Positions 36,640 to 47,025 of a stretch of DNA of 64,000 nt are shown here, one piece after another. The notes under the pieces were generated by a model, which was given only the letters and a program-made list of their open reading frames with translations, was not told where the DNA came from and ran no database searches. Source of the DNA: Myxococcota bacterium (GTDB taxonomy: Bacteria > Myxococcota_A > SURF-8); the NCBI GenBank assembly GCA_965140415.1, contig OZ223209.1, forward strand, positions 256,001-320,000, given 5' to 3'. A program made the position numbers and the translations under genes. Every line of letters starts with the position of its first letter. Position 1 is the first letter of the stretch.

Positions 36640-39180
36640 ATGGAACGAACGAGAAGGCATCTGGCAATCTGGTCCATCATTTTGTTGTCACTGGTGTGGC
36701 TGAGCGGTTGCAGTTCGGATACCGATGCATCCGATATCGCCGATGAGCTTTCCGACCGTTTGACCGATGCATTGGATTTCGAAGATGGCGTGGTGGAAGA
36801 CGGCGAACCGCCGGAGGGTGAATCCGGCGAGGAAATCCCCCAGATCGACGACATCGACGGAACGGACCTGCGGCTTGGTGCGGCTTTCGCATTCAGTCTG
36901 CAAAGCGGCTTTGCAGCTATGGAAGACGTCAGCCGGGCGATCGTGTGGGTCAAGGGTGCTTCAAAGTACATCGTGGTGCAGGGTGGTCTTTCACAAGGCA
37001 TCTTCGAGTTGTTTGGACGCTTGACGGCGGATGCCGAACTGCGCGGAAAACCATTTGAACTGCACTTTGCATTGCAGACAGAAAACGGCATTACCGGTCA
37101 GTATCAAACGTACGAAATCACCGTATTGGACGAAGATCCCCAACAAGCTTCCGTGGGCAGCGATATCGAAGCGCTGGTGATCGAGAACGAAGATGAATTC
37201 GAGAGTGGCCGTCCCAATGGAAAGGGCGGCTCCGAAATGCCGCAGATCGCCGAAGTTGCCGGTCCCGAATCGCTGTGGGCGGGAGCTTCTTTCGAACTGA
37301 GCTTGAGTTCCGATTTCGAAGGAGACGTCCGTTCCGTGATCGTCAGTACACCGGGAAATGTTGCCTACAAACGGATTCCTGCATCGCTGACAGAAGGCGT
37401 CGTTCATTTGAAAGGCCAGCTAAGCGACAAATTGGAAATTGGGGATCAATGGACGTTTCTGTTGGCGCTGGAAGGCGATTCCGGTGCGGGATTATATCGC
37501 AGTTGGTCATTGGTCGTGGTCGAACCGCCCGCTGTTTCGGATGGCGATCAGGAAATTGACGGTGATGTGGTTATTGATGGCGACAAAGTAGTTGATGGCG
37601 ATGTGGAAACAGACGGAGACGTGATCATCGATGGCGACGTGGAAGCAGACGGAGACGTGGTCATTGATGGCGATACCGATGCAGACGGGGATTTCGTTGT
37701 CGATGGCGATGATGAAATCGATGGAGATCAGGTCATCGACGGCGATGTGGAAACGGATGGCGATATCGTCACGGATGGGGACTTGGATGAAGAAAAAGCG
37801 GAAGAAGACCCCGATGAAGAAGAGGAATCCGACACGGTAACCACACCTCCGATTCCGATCTGGGCCAACGGATATGGCAGCAGCGGCTCAAACGATTTGA
37901 GCAAAGCCGTAGCCATCGCGCCCGATGGCTCCACCTATTTCCTCGGTGATTTCGACTCCACCCTGCAAATCGATGGAACCCAGTACACCAGCGCCGGATT
38001 GCAGGATCTGATTCTGATCAAACTCAAACCGAACGGTGACCCGGATTGGGTGAAACAGTTCGGTTCCACCGGTACGGAAAACGGTGTGGATCTAACGGTT
38101 GATTCCATGGGCAATCTGATTCTAACCGGAACCTTTACCAGTGGATTCAGTTTTACAGCCGATACGACAGGCTACGTTCAAAGCAATGGTGGCCTGGATA
38201 TCTACCTGGCCAAATTCGAAGCCGATGGAACTTTCACATGGGCAAAATCCTTCGGCGGCACGGATTTCGACGGCATTCAGGATGTAGCCACTGATAGTGC
38301 GGACAATATTTACATTACCGGCCAATACAAGGGAACAATCAATTTCGGAACGACAGTGAACAGTGAAATGACTTCCCATGGCGGGAATGACATTTACCTC
38401 GCCAAGTTCAATTCCTCCGGCGATCTACAATGGTCGAAAGGCTACGGAAACAGTGGTTCTTACCAGGATGGAATGGCGCTTGCGCTGGATGGCACGGAAT
38501 CGGTGATTCTCGGCGGTTATTTTAGCGGTGACATGGATGTGGGCGGAAACACCTTACCCGAAGAAGGCTTGTACGATATCTTCGTAGCCAAATACGCTAC
38601 CGACACCGGTCGCCACATCTGGTCGCATGTGTACGGCGACGCAGATGACGAGATGCTCAACGGTGTGGCAGTAGGTCAGAACGGGCAGGTGATTGTAACC
38701 GGTTATTTCAATGGGACGATTACCTTCGACGACACACTCACGTCCACAGGGGGGGCGGATCTTTTCTATGCCGTTCTGGATTCGGACGGCAGCGCGTTGT
38801 CTTCAAGACAATACGGCGATGGCAGCAACCAGTTCGGCGGACCGGTGCATACGGATTCCCAAAACCGAATCATCTGGGCTGGTGGTTTTTCGGGAACTTT
38901 GGATTTTGGTTTGGATTCGCCCATGGTCAGTCCCGGAGGCAGCGACATTTTCCTGGTTCTTTTCGAAGCGGATGGAAGCATTGCATGGGGAAAGGCTTTC
39001 GGCAACACCAGTACAAACACACTCTCTTCCTTGGCTTTAGGAGGCGAACAGCGAATCGCCATCGGGGGGATTTATCAGGGATGGATTGAATTCGTGCCGG
39101 GACAGGGACTTCCCATTTATGGAAATCGCGATATGTTTGCGGCCACCTTCCGGTATCCGCCGACAGCCAACACCCCCTGA
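36640..39180 (+). CDS. Surface lipoprotein with duplicated N-domain, DGD repeat linker and SBBP-type beta-propeller
   Basis: RBS GGAGG; lipobox LSGC; repeats of VA.DS.GN.Y.TG.F.G...DI(Y/F).AKF...G...W...G. Confidence 0.85.
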   Translation: MERTRRHLAIWSIILLSLVWLSGCSSDTDASDIADELSDRLTDALDFEDGVVEDGEPPEGESGEEIPQIDDIDGTDLRLGAAFAFSLQSGFAAMEDVSRAIVWVKGASKYIVVQGGLSQGIFELFGRLTADAELRGKPFELHFALQTENGITGQYQTYEITVLDEDPQQASVGSDIEALVIENEDEFESGRPNGKGGSEMPQIAEVAGPESLWAGASFELSLSSDFEGDVRSVIVSTPGNVAYKRIPASLTEGVVHLKGQLSDKLEIGDQWTFLLALEGDSGAGLYRSWSLVVVEPPAVSDGDQEIDGDVVIDGDKVVDGDVETDGDVIIDGDVEADGDVVIDGDTDADGDFVVDGDDEIDGDQVIDGDVETDGDIVTDGDLDEEKAEEDPDEEEESDTVTTPPIPIWANGYGSSGSNDLSKAVAIAPDGSTYFLGDFDSTLQIDGTQYTSAGLQDLILIKLKPNGDPDWVKQFGSTGTENGVDLTVDSMGNLILTGTFTSGFSFTADTTGYVQSNGGLDIYLAKFEADGTFTWAKSFGGTDFDGIQDVATDSADNIYITGQYKGTINFGTTVNSEMTSHGGNDIYLAKFNSSGDLQWSKGYGNSGSYQDGMALALDGTESVILGGYFSGDMDVGGNTLPEEGLYDIFVAKYATDTGRHIWSHVYGDADDEMLNGVAVGQNGQVIVTGYFNGTITFDDTLTSTGGADLFYAVLDSDGSALSSRQYGDGSNQFGGPVHTDSQNRIIWAGGFSGTLDFGLDSPMVSPGGSDIFLVLFEADGSIAWGKAFGNTSTNTLSSLALGGEQRIAIGGIYQGWIEFVPGQGLPIYGNRDMFAATFRYPPTANTP
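37540..37782 (+). repeat. Intragenic 18-bp tandem repeat (14 x xxxDGD)
   Basis: SDGD-QEIDGD-VVIDGD-KVVDGD-VETDGD-...-IVTDGD with exact 6-aa period. Confidence 0.9.
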
Positions 39181-39232
39181 TTCTTTACTGGGTATCGAGC
39201 GAATTTGGCGATACCTATCGCGATGTCATTTT

Positions 39233-39299
39233 ATAACGACGAGACGTGAGTCCGGCTAAAAACGTCAACAATAACGCTGGGCTTACGCACCACTGCCAC
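39233..39299. repeat. Degenerate GTAG-type REP doublet
   Basis: ATAACGACGAGACGTGAGTCCGGCT and minus-strand GTGGCAGTGGTGCGTAAGCCCAGCG align to the 20009-20074 doublet with near-identical span. Confidence 0.55.
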
Positions 39300-39445
39300 A
39301 GAATTCAGAAAACATCTATCGCCAAAACCGATTACGAAAGGTTGTCTCGCGATACTTGAAATCATCAATTAATACTTTACAGCCAAGTCCAGATCGAACA
39401 TACTCACGAACTGACTGGGAGTAGACCTGTTTCGGAGGATAAGCG

Positions 39446-42238
39446 ATGAAAGAGAAACGCTGGTTGGTAAAGGTTGTGTTGTTGTGTCTGGCTCTGATGC
39501 TATTCGGCTGCGGTTCCGGTTCCGATGCGGACCCCGCAGACGGTGATAGCGATACGGATGCGGCGACCGGCAGCTGTCTGCCCTTCTGCATGCGCGTGGT
39601 GGCTTGTGCGCCGGAAGTCGGCATCACGACCGCAAAATGCACCGCAGCCTGTGAAGATCCGGAATACTGGTTCTCCACCGTGGGCGGCACGGCCAGCTAT
39701 TGCTGTGTCGAAAAGAGCGATTGCGACAGCTTCGTCGCCTGCCTGTTGGGCACGGATGGCTACCTCTGCGGGCAGACCGGCCCCTCCGGCGACTGCACCA
39801 ACGGCGAGATGAGCTGCCAGGGTGACAGCACCATCGAATGCGAAAACGGCTCCTGGGCCGATCCCATTCCCTGCGGCGAAGGCAAAACCTGCAAAGATGG
39901 CGACTGCGTCGACAAAACCGTAACCAACGATTGCGAAGCGGACGTCGAAACCCGTTGCAAGGACGAAAACACCCTGCAAACCTGTAATGCCACCGGCGAC
40001 GGTTGGGTGGATTCCGCCTGCGGCGACGATCTGTTCTGTTCCAACGGCCAGTGCGTCTCCCAGTTGTGCGAGCCGGAAACGGAAAAAAGCTGCGACGATC
40101 AGGGGCGCGTGGTGACCTGCAACGCCGCCGGCGATGGCTGGGAAGATCCCACCGAATGCTTGCAGGGTCAACGCTGCTTCGAAGGCCGCTGCATCAACGA
40201 GGGCGAATGGGTCTGTGAACCGCTTACGGAAACCCGCTGCACCGACGACGATCCGCCACGCCTGCAAACCTGCAACGCCGACGGCAGCGACTGGTCCACT
40301 CCGTTGAACTGCCCGGCGGGCACCGAGTGCATCGTCGATCATTGCGCCGAAGCGGCCTGCGAGCCGGGTGAGGATTTCCGCTGCGCCGAGGATGGCCGCA
40401 TTCAGTGGTGCAACACTTCCGGCAACGGTTACCTGCCGCCGGAAGACTGCCCCAGCGGCCTGACCTGCGTTACCAATTCCGAAGACGGCTGCGGCGTTTC
40501 TACCAGTGTCTGTACGCCCAATGAATATTACTGCGAGGATCTGCACAACATCAAGCAATGCAACGCCACCGGCGACGGCTACCTGACGGGCCTGACTCCC
40601 TGCGATCCGAACTCGGTCGAAGGCAAGGAATGCCACAACGGCGAATGCATGGATCTGTGCGACATGGCCGAAGCCACCGATTCCTACATCGGCTGCGAAT
40701 ACTGGCCCATCGCCCTGCCCAATTCAGTGGACGACGACTTCAAAGAAGGTCAGGAATCCGAATTCGCGGTTGTCGTGGCCAATACCAACGAGGATTATAC
40801 GGCGACCATCACCATTGAAAAAGGCATTTTCAACAAGGTCGTAACGATCCAGCCCGGCCAGCAAAAGACCATCCGCCTGCCCTACGATGACCGCGTGAAC
40901 AGCTACAAGGCCAATTCCGCGTTTCGTTTGAGTTCCACCGTACCAGTTACGGTTTACCAGTTCAATCCGCTCACCGCCGTGATCGGCTCCACCTACGCCA
41001 ATACCAATGATGCTTCGCTGTTGTTACCGACTCACGTACTCGGCGAAGAGTATATGGTTATGAACTATCGCACCTGGTATCGCTCCGCCGACAACATCAC
41101 GTTTTCTGCCAGTAATTCTTTCTACACCATCGTCGGCACCGAAACCGGTACAACCGTTACGATCAAGCCTTCCGGTGAGACGGCTTCCGGCAGCGGCGTG
41201 CAGGCCATGTCACCGGGACAGGAATACACGTACACCTTGAATCGCGGTGAAGTATTGCAAGTGATCAGCAGTTCGGACAGCAGCCTGATCGATCAGAGTA
41301 CCTGCGTGACGGAATCGAGTCCCTATACCACGATTAAGCAATACTGCCTGGGGCAGGAACTGACCGGAACGGAAATTCATACCAGCGCACCGGTGGCGGT
41401 TTACGCCGGTAACGAGTGCGAATTCGTGCCACATTATCGCTGGGCCTGTGACCATCTGGAACAGCAGATGTTCCCGACCGAATCCTGGACCACCCAGTAT
41501 ATCGCCGCCAAAATGCACACGCCGCTAAATACCGGCAGCACCGAGCAACCTAACCTGTATAAGATCGTCGCCTTGCAGGATGAAACGGTCATCACTACCG
41601 TACCGGAAGTCAATAACCAGTCCAGCCCCTTCCACAATCAGGCCTGTACCGGTCCTTTGGATCGCGGCGAGAGCTGCATCATCGAAACGCGCGACGATTT
41701 CATCCTGATGACCAACGCCGAGCATCCGGTGATGATCGGCCAGTTTTTAGTTGGACAGGATTTCTGGGGTATCAATTTAGTACCCTGTTACGCCGGTTGC
41801 GGTAGTGGTGAAATCTGTTACGATGCCGGTGGCTATTGCGTGCCTTCCTGCCAGGGTGGGTTACAATGCCCCGAAGGTAAGATCTGTCTGAACAACATGT
41901 ACTGTATGGGCTACGGCGATCCGGCCTTCGTGCTGATTCCGCCGGTGGAACAATATCGCAAAGAATACGTATTCCTGGTACCCAGCACCTACGCCATCGA
42001 TTATCTGACGCTGTTGACGACAAATCCTTCGGTGGAAATCACGCTGGACGGTTCGCCCTTGCAGACCAGCTTCACGCAGATCGGCAGCCGCAACGCCTAT
42101 CGCATGGAGATGAGCATCTCCGATGGTGCGCACACCTTAAGCGCAAGCAGCAAGGTGGGCTTGATGGTTTACGGCTACGACGCATATGTCTCTTACGCCT
42201 ATCCGGGCGGACTGGATCTGTCGCTGGTGATCTACTAG
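39446..42238 (+). CDS. Cys-rich lipoprotein with IgGFc-binding protein N-terminal domain
   Basis: Lipobox LFGC; repeated C..CNA.G.GW units; SYIGCEYW, VYQFNPL, NDASLLLP, CDHLEQQMFP, GDPAF...QYR, VSYAYPGG. Confidence 0.88.
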   Translation: MKEKRWLVKVVLLCLALMLFGCGSGSDADPADGDSDTDAATGSCLPFCMRVVACAPEVGITTAKCTAACEDPEYWFSTVGGTASYCCVEKSDCDSFVACLLGTDGYLCGQTGPSGDCTNGEMSCQGDSTIECENGSWADPIPCGEGKTCKDGDCVDKTVTNDCEADVETRCKDENTLQTCNATGDGWVDSACGDDLFCSNGQCVSQLCEPETEKSCDDQGRVVTCNAAGDGWEDPTECLQGQRCFEGRCINEGEWVCEPLTETRCTDDDPPRLQTCNADGSDWSTPLNCPAGTECIVDHCAEAACEPGEDFRCAEDGRIQWCNTSGNGYLPPEDCPSGLTCVTNSEDGCGVSTSVCTPNEYYCEDLHNIKQCNATGDGYLTGLTPCDPNSVEGKECHNGECMDLCDMAEATDSYIGCEYWPIALPNSVDDDFKEGQESEFAVVVANTNEDYTATITIEKGIFNKVVTIQPGQQKTIRLPYDDRVNSYKANSAFRLSSTVPVTVYQFNPLTAVIGSTYANTNDASLLLPTHVLGEEYMVMNYRTWYRSADNITFSASNSFYTIVGTETGTTVTIKPSGETASGSGVQAMSPGQEYTYTLNRGEVLQVISSSDSSLIDQSTCVTESSPYTTIKQYCLGQELTGTEIHTSAPVAVYAGNECEFVPHYRWACDHLEQQMFPTESWTTQYIAAKMHTPLNTGSTEQPNLYKIVALQDETVITTVPEVNNQSSPFHNQACTGPLDRGESCIIETRDDFILMTNAEHPVMIGQFLVGQDFWGINLVPCYAGCGSGEICYDAGGYCVPSCQGGLQCPEGKICLNNMYCMGYGDPAFVLIPPVEQYRKEYVFLVPSTYAIDYLTLLTTNPSVEITLDGSPLQTSFTQIGSRNAYRMEMSISDGAHTLSASSKVGLMVYGYDAYVSYAYPGGLDLSLVIY

Positions 42239-42265
42239 CCGACGATACCTCATCGTAAACGTAAC

Positions 42266-42298
42266 GAAGGGAGCCGCAACCGGCTCCCTTCTGCTTTT
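42266..42298 (+). terminator. Rho-independent terminator
   Basis: GAAGGGAGCCG-CAAC-CGGCTCCCTTC followed by TGCTTTT, between convergent genes. Confidence 0.75.
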
Positions 42299-42337
42299 AT
42301 GGCATTCGGCGAATGGATTCGAAGCAACCGGTCGCAG

Positions 42338-43996
42338 TCAGTGATGATTTGACCGTTTCAGGCTTTCCAGATAGGCTCTGATTTCTTCATCCGGTCGATC
42401 CGCTTCACCGGGCTCTTGCAGCAGATCTTCCAGCACCGAGACGGCCTGATTCGTTTCACCCTGCGCCGCCAGGGCCTGGGCAAGGTGGAAACGGAACATG
42501 CCATGAGGCTGAATCTCATAAGCCTTCCGGAACAGGATCTGGGCCGCCGCAGGATTTCCCTGCTTGAGTTGAATCCGACCGCAGACACTATTCGCGTTCG
42601 CCAGAAATTCACGATCGGTTTTCGTCCATGCGCGTTCCGATCGCAATGCGCTATCGATTCTGGGTAACATTTTTACGCACTGCTTCTCGGCGGCCTCGAT
42701 CAACCGGTGTTCCGACAACCACGTGGCCAATGTGACATCGACGCGCAAAGTGGCCCTATCGCTCATCGAGTCGGCAGCAAAGAGCGTGCCGTCGCCCTGC
42801 CAGTCCAGCGATCGCAGATGAACTTTTGCGCCCCAGATGAGTGAAAGCAGGATCACAGCGGCAAAAGCGAGCCTGGCGATCCGCCGATTAGCTTGTACCT
42901 GTTGCAAACCCCAAGCCAGCAACAGCATGACGCCGACCAGCGGGAGATGAAGAAAACGGGGAGCGAAAATGCAATAGGCCAGTATGACCATGTTGGAAGC
43001 CAGGCTCAAGGTGGCCGGATACCAGAGCATCATCCACAGATGGCCCGGTTTCTTTTTCCAGACCTTCCATGTAGCAAGTGCGTATGCAAGCAACAACAGC
43101 AGCGCAGCGCCTCCCTGCCAGGCAGGGGGGATTCCGGTTACCGGATAGGTGAAGTCCGCTCGAGCACCGGCGAACCCGCTGAGATGCATCAGATAATTCA
43201 ATTGAAGTCCGAGAGCGGCCCACCAGGCTTCAAGTCTCGGAAGTTCATGCAGTTGATTGTCCACCAGAGGCACCTGGCTGCCTTCGAAAGCACCGAAGAG
43301 CAGCCTCTGATAAAGCAGGTAGGCCAAGGCGACTGCAATCAGTGACAGCGTGCAGGCTGCTTGAGAGGCAATGCGCCCGCCCTTTCGTTGGTCGGGAAAC
43401 CAGATGAGGGCAAGGGCCGGAACGATCAACGTGATTCCGTTTTCCTTGGCCAGGATGGCGCAGAGATACAATAGGGCAGCCGCCAGTGCCACACGCTTGC
43501 TTGCTTGCGGAAATTTCAACAAGACAATAACAAGCAGCAGAGCGAAAATCGTACATAGAATTTCCGCTCGTCCGACGACGGGATTCACGTTTTCCGCCAG
43601 TACGGGATGCAATAGAAAAAGCAGGCTACAGGCAAAGGCCGGGATTCGATCGAAAAAGCGCCGCGCCAGCAGGAAAAGCAAAAAGGCCGAAAGAGCGTGC
43701 AGCAGAATATTGTTCAGTCTGAAGACGAAGGGATTGAAATCGAAAATCTGCTTCTCGAGCATGAAACTGGCCGTGGTCAGCGGCCTGAAAGTCCGGGCAT
43801 AGGTGAACCAGTTGCTACTCAGCAGGTCCGACCATTGAAGCTCCGCAACCGTTGGGTTGTTAAGCAGCGCTTCATGGTCATCGAATACGAAATTCCCGGA
43901 TAAGGATGGAAAATAAGCCGCCATGGCACAAACGAGCAGGACAAACAGAATGAAAATGTTTGTACGAGCAACTTGATCACCGGAATAACTGTCCAA
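42338..43996 (-). CDS. TMTC-like (GT-C) membrane glycosyltransferase with C-terminal TPR
   Basis: FVFDD...NP, FRPLT, NILLH, LFLLHP..AENV..VVGRAEIL, LAKENGI, APRFLHLP, then TPR helices. Probable TTG start at 43996 behind AAGGGGA. Confidence 0.8.
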   Translation of the reverse strand: MDSYSGDQVARTNIFILFVLLVCAMAAYFPSLSGNFVFDDHEALLNNPTVAELQWSDLLSSNWFTYARTFRPLTTASFMLEKQIFDFNPFVFRLNNILLHALSAFLLFLLARRFFDRIPAFACSLLFLLHPVLAENVNPVVGRAEILCTIFALLLVIVLLKFPQASKRVALAAALLYLCAILAKENGITLIVPALALIWFPDQRKGGRIASQAACTLSLIAVALAYLLYQRLLFGAFEGSQVPLVDNQLHELPRLEAWWAALGLQLNYLMHLSGFAGARADFTYPVTGIPPAWQGGAALLLLLAYALATWKVWKKKPGHLWMMLWYPATLSLASNMVILAYCIFAPRFLHLPLVGVMLLLAWGLQQVQANRRIARLAFAAVILLSLIWGAKVHLRSLDWQGDGTLFAADSMSDRATLRVDVTLATWLSEHRLIEAAEKQCVKMLPRIDSALRSERAWTKTDREFLANANSVCGRIQLKQGNPAAAQILFRKAYEIQPHGMFRFHLAQALAAQGETNQAVSVLEDLLQEPGEADRPDEEIRAYLESLKRSNHH

Positions 43997-44115
43997 TACA
44001 AAGTCCCCTTCCCTCGGGTTGCTTGTTTCTCGCTGGCCGCTTTTCGATGAGTTATTATAACGTAGAAGCGCAGATGGAATCCAAGTATTATTCACACGCT
44101 TCACCGGCTGGGCAG

Positions 44116-44228
44116 CATCACAAGAAGTTGCAAACCTGTATGATTTCTGGGTGGCGCGGGCTAAGCCGCAGACTTGCCCGTGGTCATCAAGAGCCACATG
44201 GGCATGCTCCGTTTCACTTCGCTTGGCC
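44116..44228 (-). repeat. 113-bp palindromic dispersed repeat, copy B
   Basis: Reverse complement of 22897-23009, about 90% identical by eye. Confidence 0.9.
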
Positions 44229-44361
44229 AATGATTCCCGTTTTCAAAGCCAATCGCAATATCTTGTGATGCACCCTAACCACTTGAAGAAATATGGAAAC
44301 TCTTGACAATCGGGGGCTTGCGGGTAATCGTGTCCTTTCCGTCTTAGGGAAAGGATTCAAG

Positions 44362-45339
44362 ATGTTCCGTTGTCTGTTGTTCTACCGTTTCTTCCTGCTT
44401 TGTCTTTCCATAACACTACTGCTGTTGGGCTGCCACTCGGATGACTCTCCTTCATATGAAGGCGATGATTCCGAATGGGATGAATCTTCCGATGGTGACC
44501 TGGATCTGGAAGCGGAACCGGATATCGAACCGGAAGCAGAGAGCGCACCAACTCCCCGGCGCTGCAATGGGTTTACCGAATTGTGCGAGCGCCGCTATAA
44601 CGAAGTCGCCTACGCCACCAGCCACAATGCAATGAGCAACGAACAAGATGGCTGGGTGGCTGCCAATCAATACCTGCCGATTCCGCGTCAATTGCAAGAT
44701 GGTGTTCGTGGCTTCATGCTGGATGTCTATCTTTATGAAAACGAATTGCACCTTTGCCACGGCGACTGCCTGTTCGGAAAGATTCTGCTGCGTGATGCGC
44801 TGCAACTGTTCAAGGATTTCATGGACGAGAACCCGAACGAGATCTGTACCTTGATACTGGAAAGCTATGCAGACAGCGACGCTATCTTTGCCATGTTTGA
44901 GCAAGTTGGGTTGTCCTCCATGCTGTTTCGGAAATCGGAGGAAAATGACTGGCCGAGTTTAAATGAGATGATCGATGCGGAAACCCGCTTGGTCGTTTTT
45001 ACAGACGATCAGACGTCAACGGTGCCGGACTTTCATTATGTCTGGGATTATTGCTGGGACACACCATGGCAGGTGATGGAGCAGGAAGATTTCACGTGTC
45101 GAATTCTACGCGGCGACCGGCAAAACGAGTTGTTCATCCTGAATCACATCCTTTACGGCGCTTTCGATTTACCCGATGCGACTAAAGCCGAACAAGCCAA
45201 TAGCAATCCGTTTTTCCTCTCACGCGCACAGCAGTGCCAGCAAGAAAGCGGCCAGCTACCCAACTTCATCACGGTCGATTTTTATTCGCTCGGTAATCTG
45301 TTCGATGTCGTTGACGCATTGAATGGCGTGCAACACTAA
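44362..45339 (+). CDS. PI-PLC X-domain-like phosphodiesterase lipoprotein
   Basis: Lipobox LLGC; CNG..ELC.RRY..V.YATSHNA, QLQDGVRGFMLD, LCHG, LFILNH, PNFITVDFY. Confidence 0.85.
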   Translation: MFRCLLFYRFFLLCLSITLLLLGCHSDDSPSYEGDDSEWDESSDGDLDLEAEPDIEPEAESAPTPRRCNGFTELCERRYNEVAYATSHNAMSNEQDGWVAANQYLPIPRQLQDGVRGFMLDVYLYENELHLCHGDCLFGKILLRDALQLFKDFMDENPNEICTLILESYADSDAIFAMFEQVGLSSMLFRKSEENDWPSLNEMIDAETRLVVFTDDQTSTVPDFHYVWDYCWDTPWQVMEQEDFTCRILRGDRQNELFILNHILYGAFDLPDATKAEQANSNPFFLSRAQQCQQESGQLPNFITVDFYSLGNLFDVVDALNGVQH

Positions 45340-45367
45340 GGGACGTTTGTATTCGTCAATCGATCCT

Positions 45368-46912
45368 TCAGCGTCCGGATAAAAACTCATTGACGCGGTT
45401 GCAGGCGTCCAGACCCATGCTCTTAATGGCGGCGGGCGATTCGGGATCGGCAGCCAATACCGCTTCCAGATCGACCAGCGGATAGTCGGTTCCCAGCCAT
45501 TCGTTGATTGCCTCCAGGTAGAGATTGGCGACTACGGCATAGCCGGTATTGGTAAAGTGGGTGCCGTCCAGTCCGACCAGACCACCGAACTTTTGTACGC
45601 CAAGCTGCTCCGTGCCGACCGTCAATCCGTTTTCGGCAATTTCTTCCGCCCAGCCAAAAAGGTCGACAACATGAATATTATCATAGGGTTCCACTAGTTC
45701 CAGCAAGGCAGCGTTGGCCTGTGCACCCAGTTCGTCCACAGAGGCGATATCGGCGCTGATTTCGGCGGGCGTCATGCCCGCTTCCAGCGAACGCGCCCCC
45801 TGATCGATGGCGCTTGGCAGTACGCTCGGGCGCGGCAGCGTTCCCAGAAACACATCCGCTCCACTATCGGCCAGCACCTGCAACACATCCGCCAGATTCG
45901 TGCGCAGTTCATCGATGGGTGTGGACAGCGAGAAGTCGATCTGATTGCCGCCACCCAACCCCCAGATGACATCGTTGCCAAAGAGATCGGTCGTCAATAT
46001 CAGGCTGGGCGACTGATCCAGCACGTGATCGAGTTGCGCACCCTGCACGGGATCCAGAATTTCCGCATGGGGATCGAATACCATGTGGCTTAGCAGTACA
46101 CCGCCGGTATTGCCTTGATCGGGACCGTGCAGCATTTCACCGACAATGGTGTTGCCTACCGCCAGATTCGCCGGTTCCAGTTCGGGGCTAAGCAGCCCGT
46201 TATGGAAGGAAAAATCTCCAGTGTCGGGATCGGTGAATTTCGGCAGGACGCTGCTCAACGCTCCGACAATATGATCCGCCGTGGCGGGCACGCGGCACTC
46301 GGGCGCAGGACCGATCTGCTCAGAACTGATACGCGGAAAGAGGCCGGGTTTCAATAATGGCAGCGGCATATAGGCTCCAAGCTGACGCGCCACCTGCGCT
46401 GCCGGACTCATCAAGGAACCCTGGTAACTGGGAACGCCGCACTGCACACCCTGCGTCAGGCTGGCACCAAAGGCCACCACGCGCGCAAGTTCCGGCTCGG
46501 TTGGCGTATCATAGGTAAAGCAGGTACCTAGCGGAACAGTATCTCCTCCTCTGGAAAGTTCAATCTCGACTGCGCCTCCCTGCGGGTGGCCTTGCACCAT
46601 AATCGTCAGATCGCCGGATTCGGTGACTTCAAGATCGATCGCCGGAATGCCACCGACCGTTAACGCGTCGATATCCTGTGCTTCGATATCCGTCTGGGAA
46701 AGTTGTAATGTGATCGGCACGTAACCGAACGCACTTGCACTGGAAGGTTCAACCCCACAAAGGCAATCCGTGACAGTCGAATCGCCGTCCAGTTCCAGAT
46801 CGCTGTCGCCATCTGCGCCGGAATCCGTATCGGAGTTACAACCGACAAATAACAGAGTCAGACAGAAAATAAACAACGCCGCAGAGCCGCGCCATCCGTT
46901 AGCGATTCGCAT
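45368..46912 (-). CDS. SGNH/GDSL-like hydrolase lipoprotein
   Basis: Lipobox FVGC; block I AFGASLTQG, block III GND, block V DGTHFTNTGY. Confidence 0.75.
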   Translation of the reverse strand: MRIANGWRGSAALFIFCLTLLFVGCNSDTDSGADGDSDLELDGDSTVTDCLCGVEPSSASAFGYVPITLQLSQTDIEAQDIDALTVGGIPAIDLEVTESGDLTIMVQGHPQGGAVEIELSRGGDTVPLGTCFTYDTPTEPELARVVAFGASLTQGVQCGVPSYQGSLMSPAAQVARQLGAYMPLPLLKPGLFPRISSEQIGPAPECRVPATADHIVGALSSVLPKFTDPDTGDFSFHNGLLSPELEPANLAVGNTIVGEMLHGPDQGNTGGVLLSHMVFDPHAEILDPVQGAQLDHVLDQSPSLILTTDLFGNDVIWGLGGGNQIDFSLSTPIDELRTNLADVLQVLADSGADVFLGTLPRPSVLPSAIDQGARSLEAGMTPAEISADIASVDELGAQANAALLELVEPYDNIHVVDLFGWAEEIAENGLTVGTEQLGVQKFGGLVGLDGTHFTNTGYAVVANLYLEAINEWLGTDYPLVDLEAVLAADPESPAAIKSMGLDACNRVNEFLSGR

Positions 46913-47025
46913 TATCCATCTCCCTGATTCGAGTTTTACAAGGCATTACGCTGTTTCATGATGCGCTATCGTAGCACGAACGCGGGAAAAATCCAGCGCA
47001 ACCGGTACAAAAAGCAGGGCAGGTT

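Noticed and set aside
37540-37782. Periodic DNA repeat as a CRISPR array
   Set aside because: It is an in-frame 18-bp coding repeat with no unique spacers, and there are no cas genes.
39500-40636. 378-aa antisense ORF, and similar long antisense ORFs at 184-1332, 25827-26840, 49591-50625 and 59021-60055
   Set aside because: These are shadow ORFs of GC3-rich genes on the other strand and show no recognisable motifs.
43997-44230. N-terminal extension MAKRSETEHAHVALDDHGQ... and the similar ORF at 22676-23137
   Set aside because: The peptide similarity is simply translation of the 113-bp DNA repeat, not a protein family.
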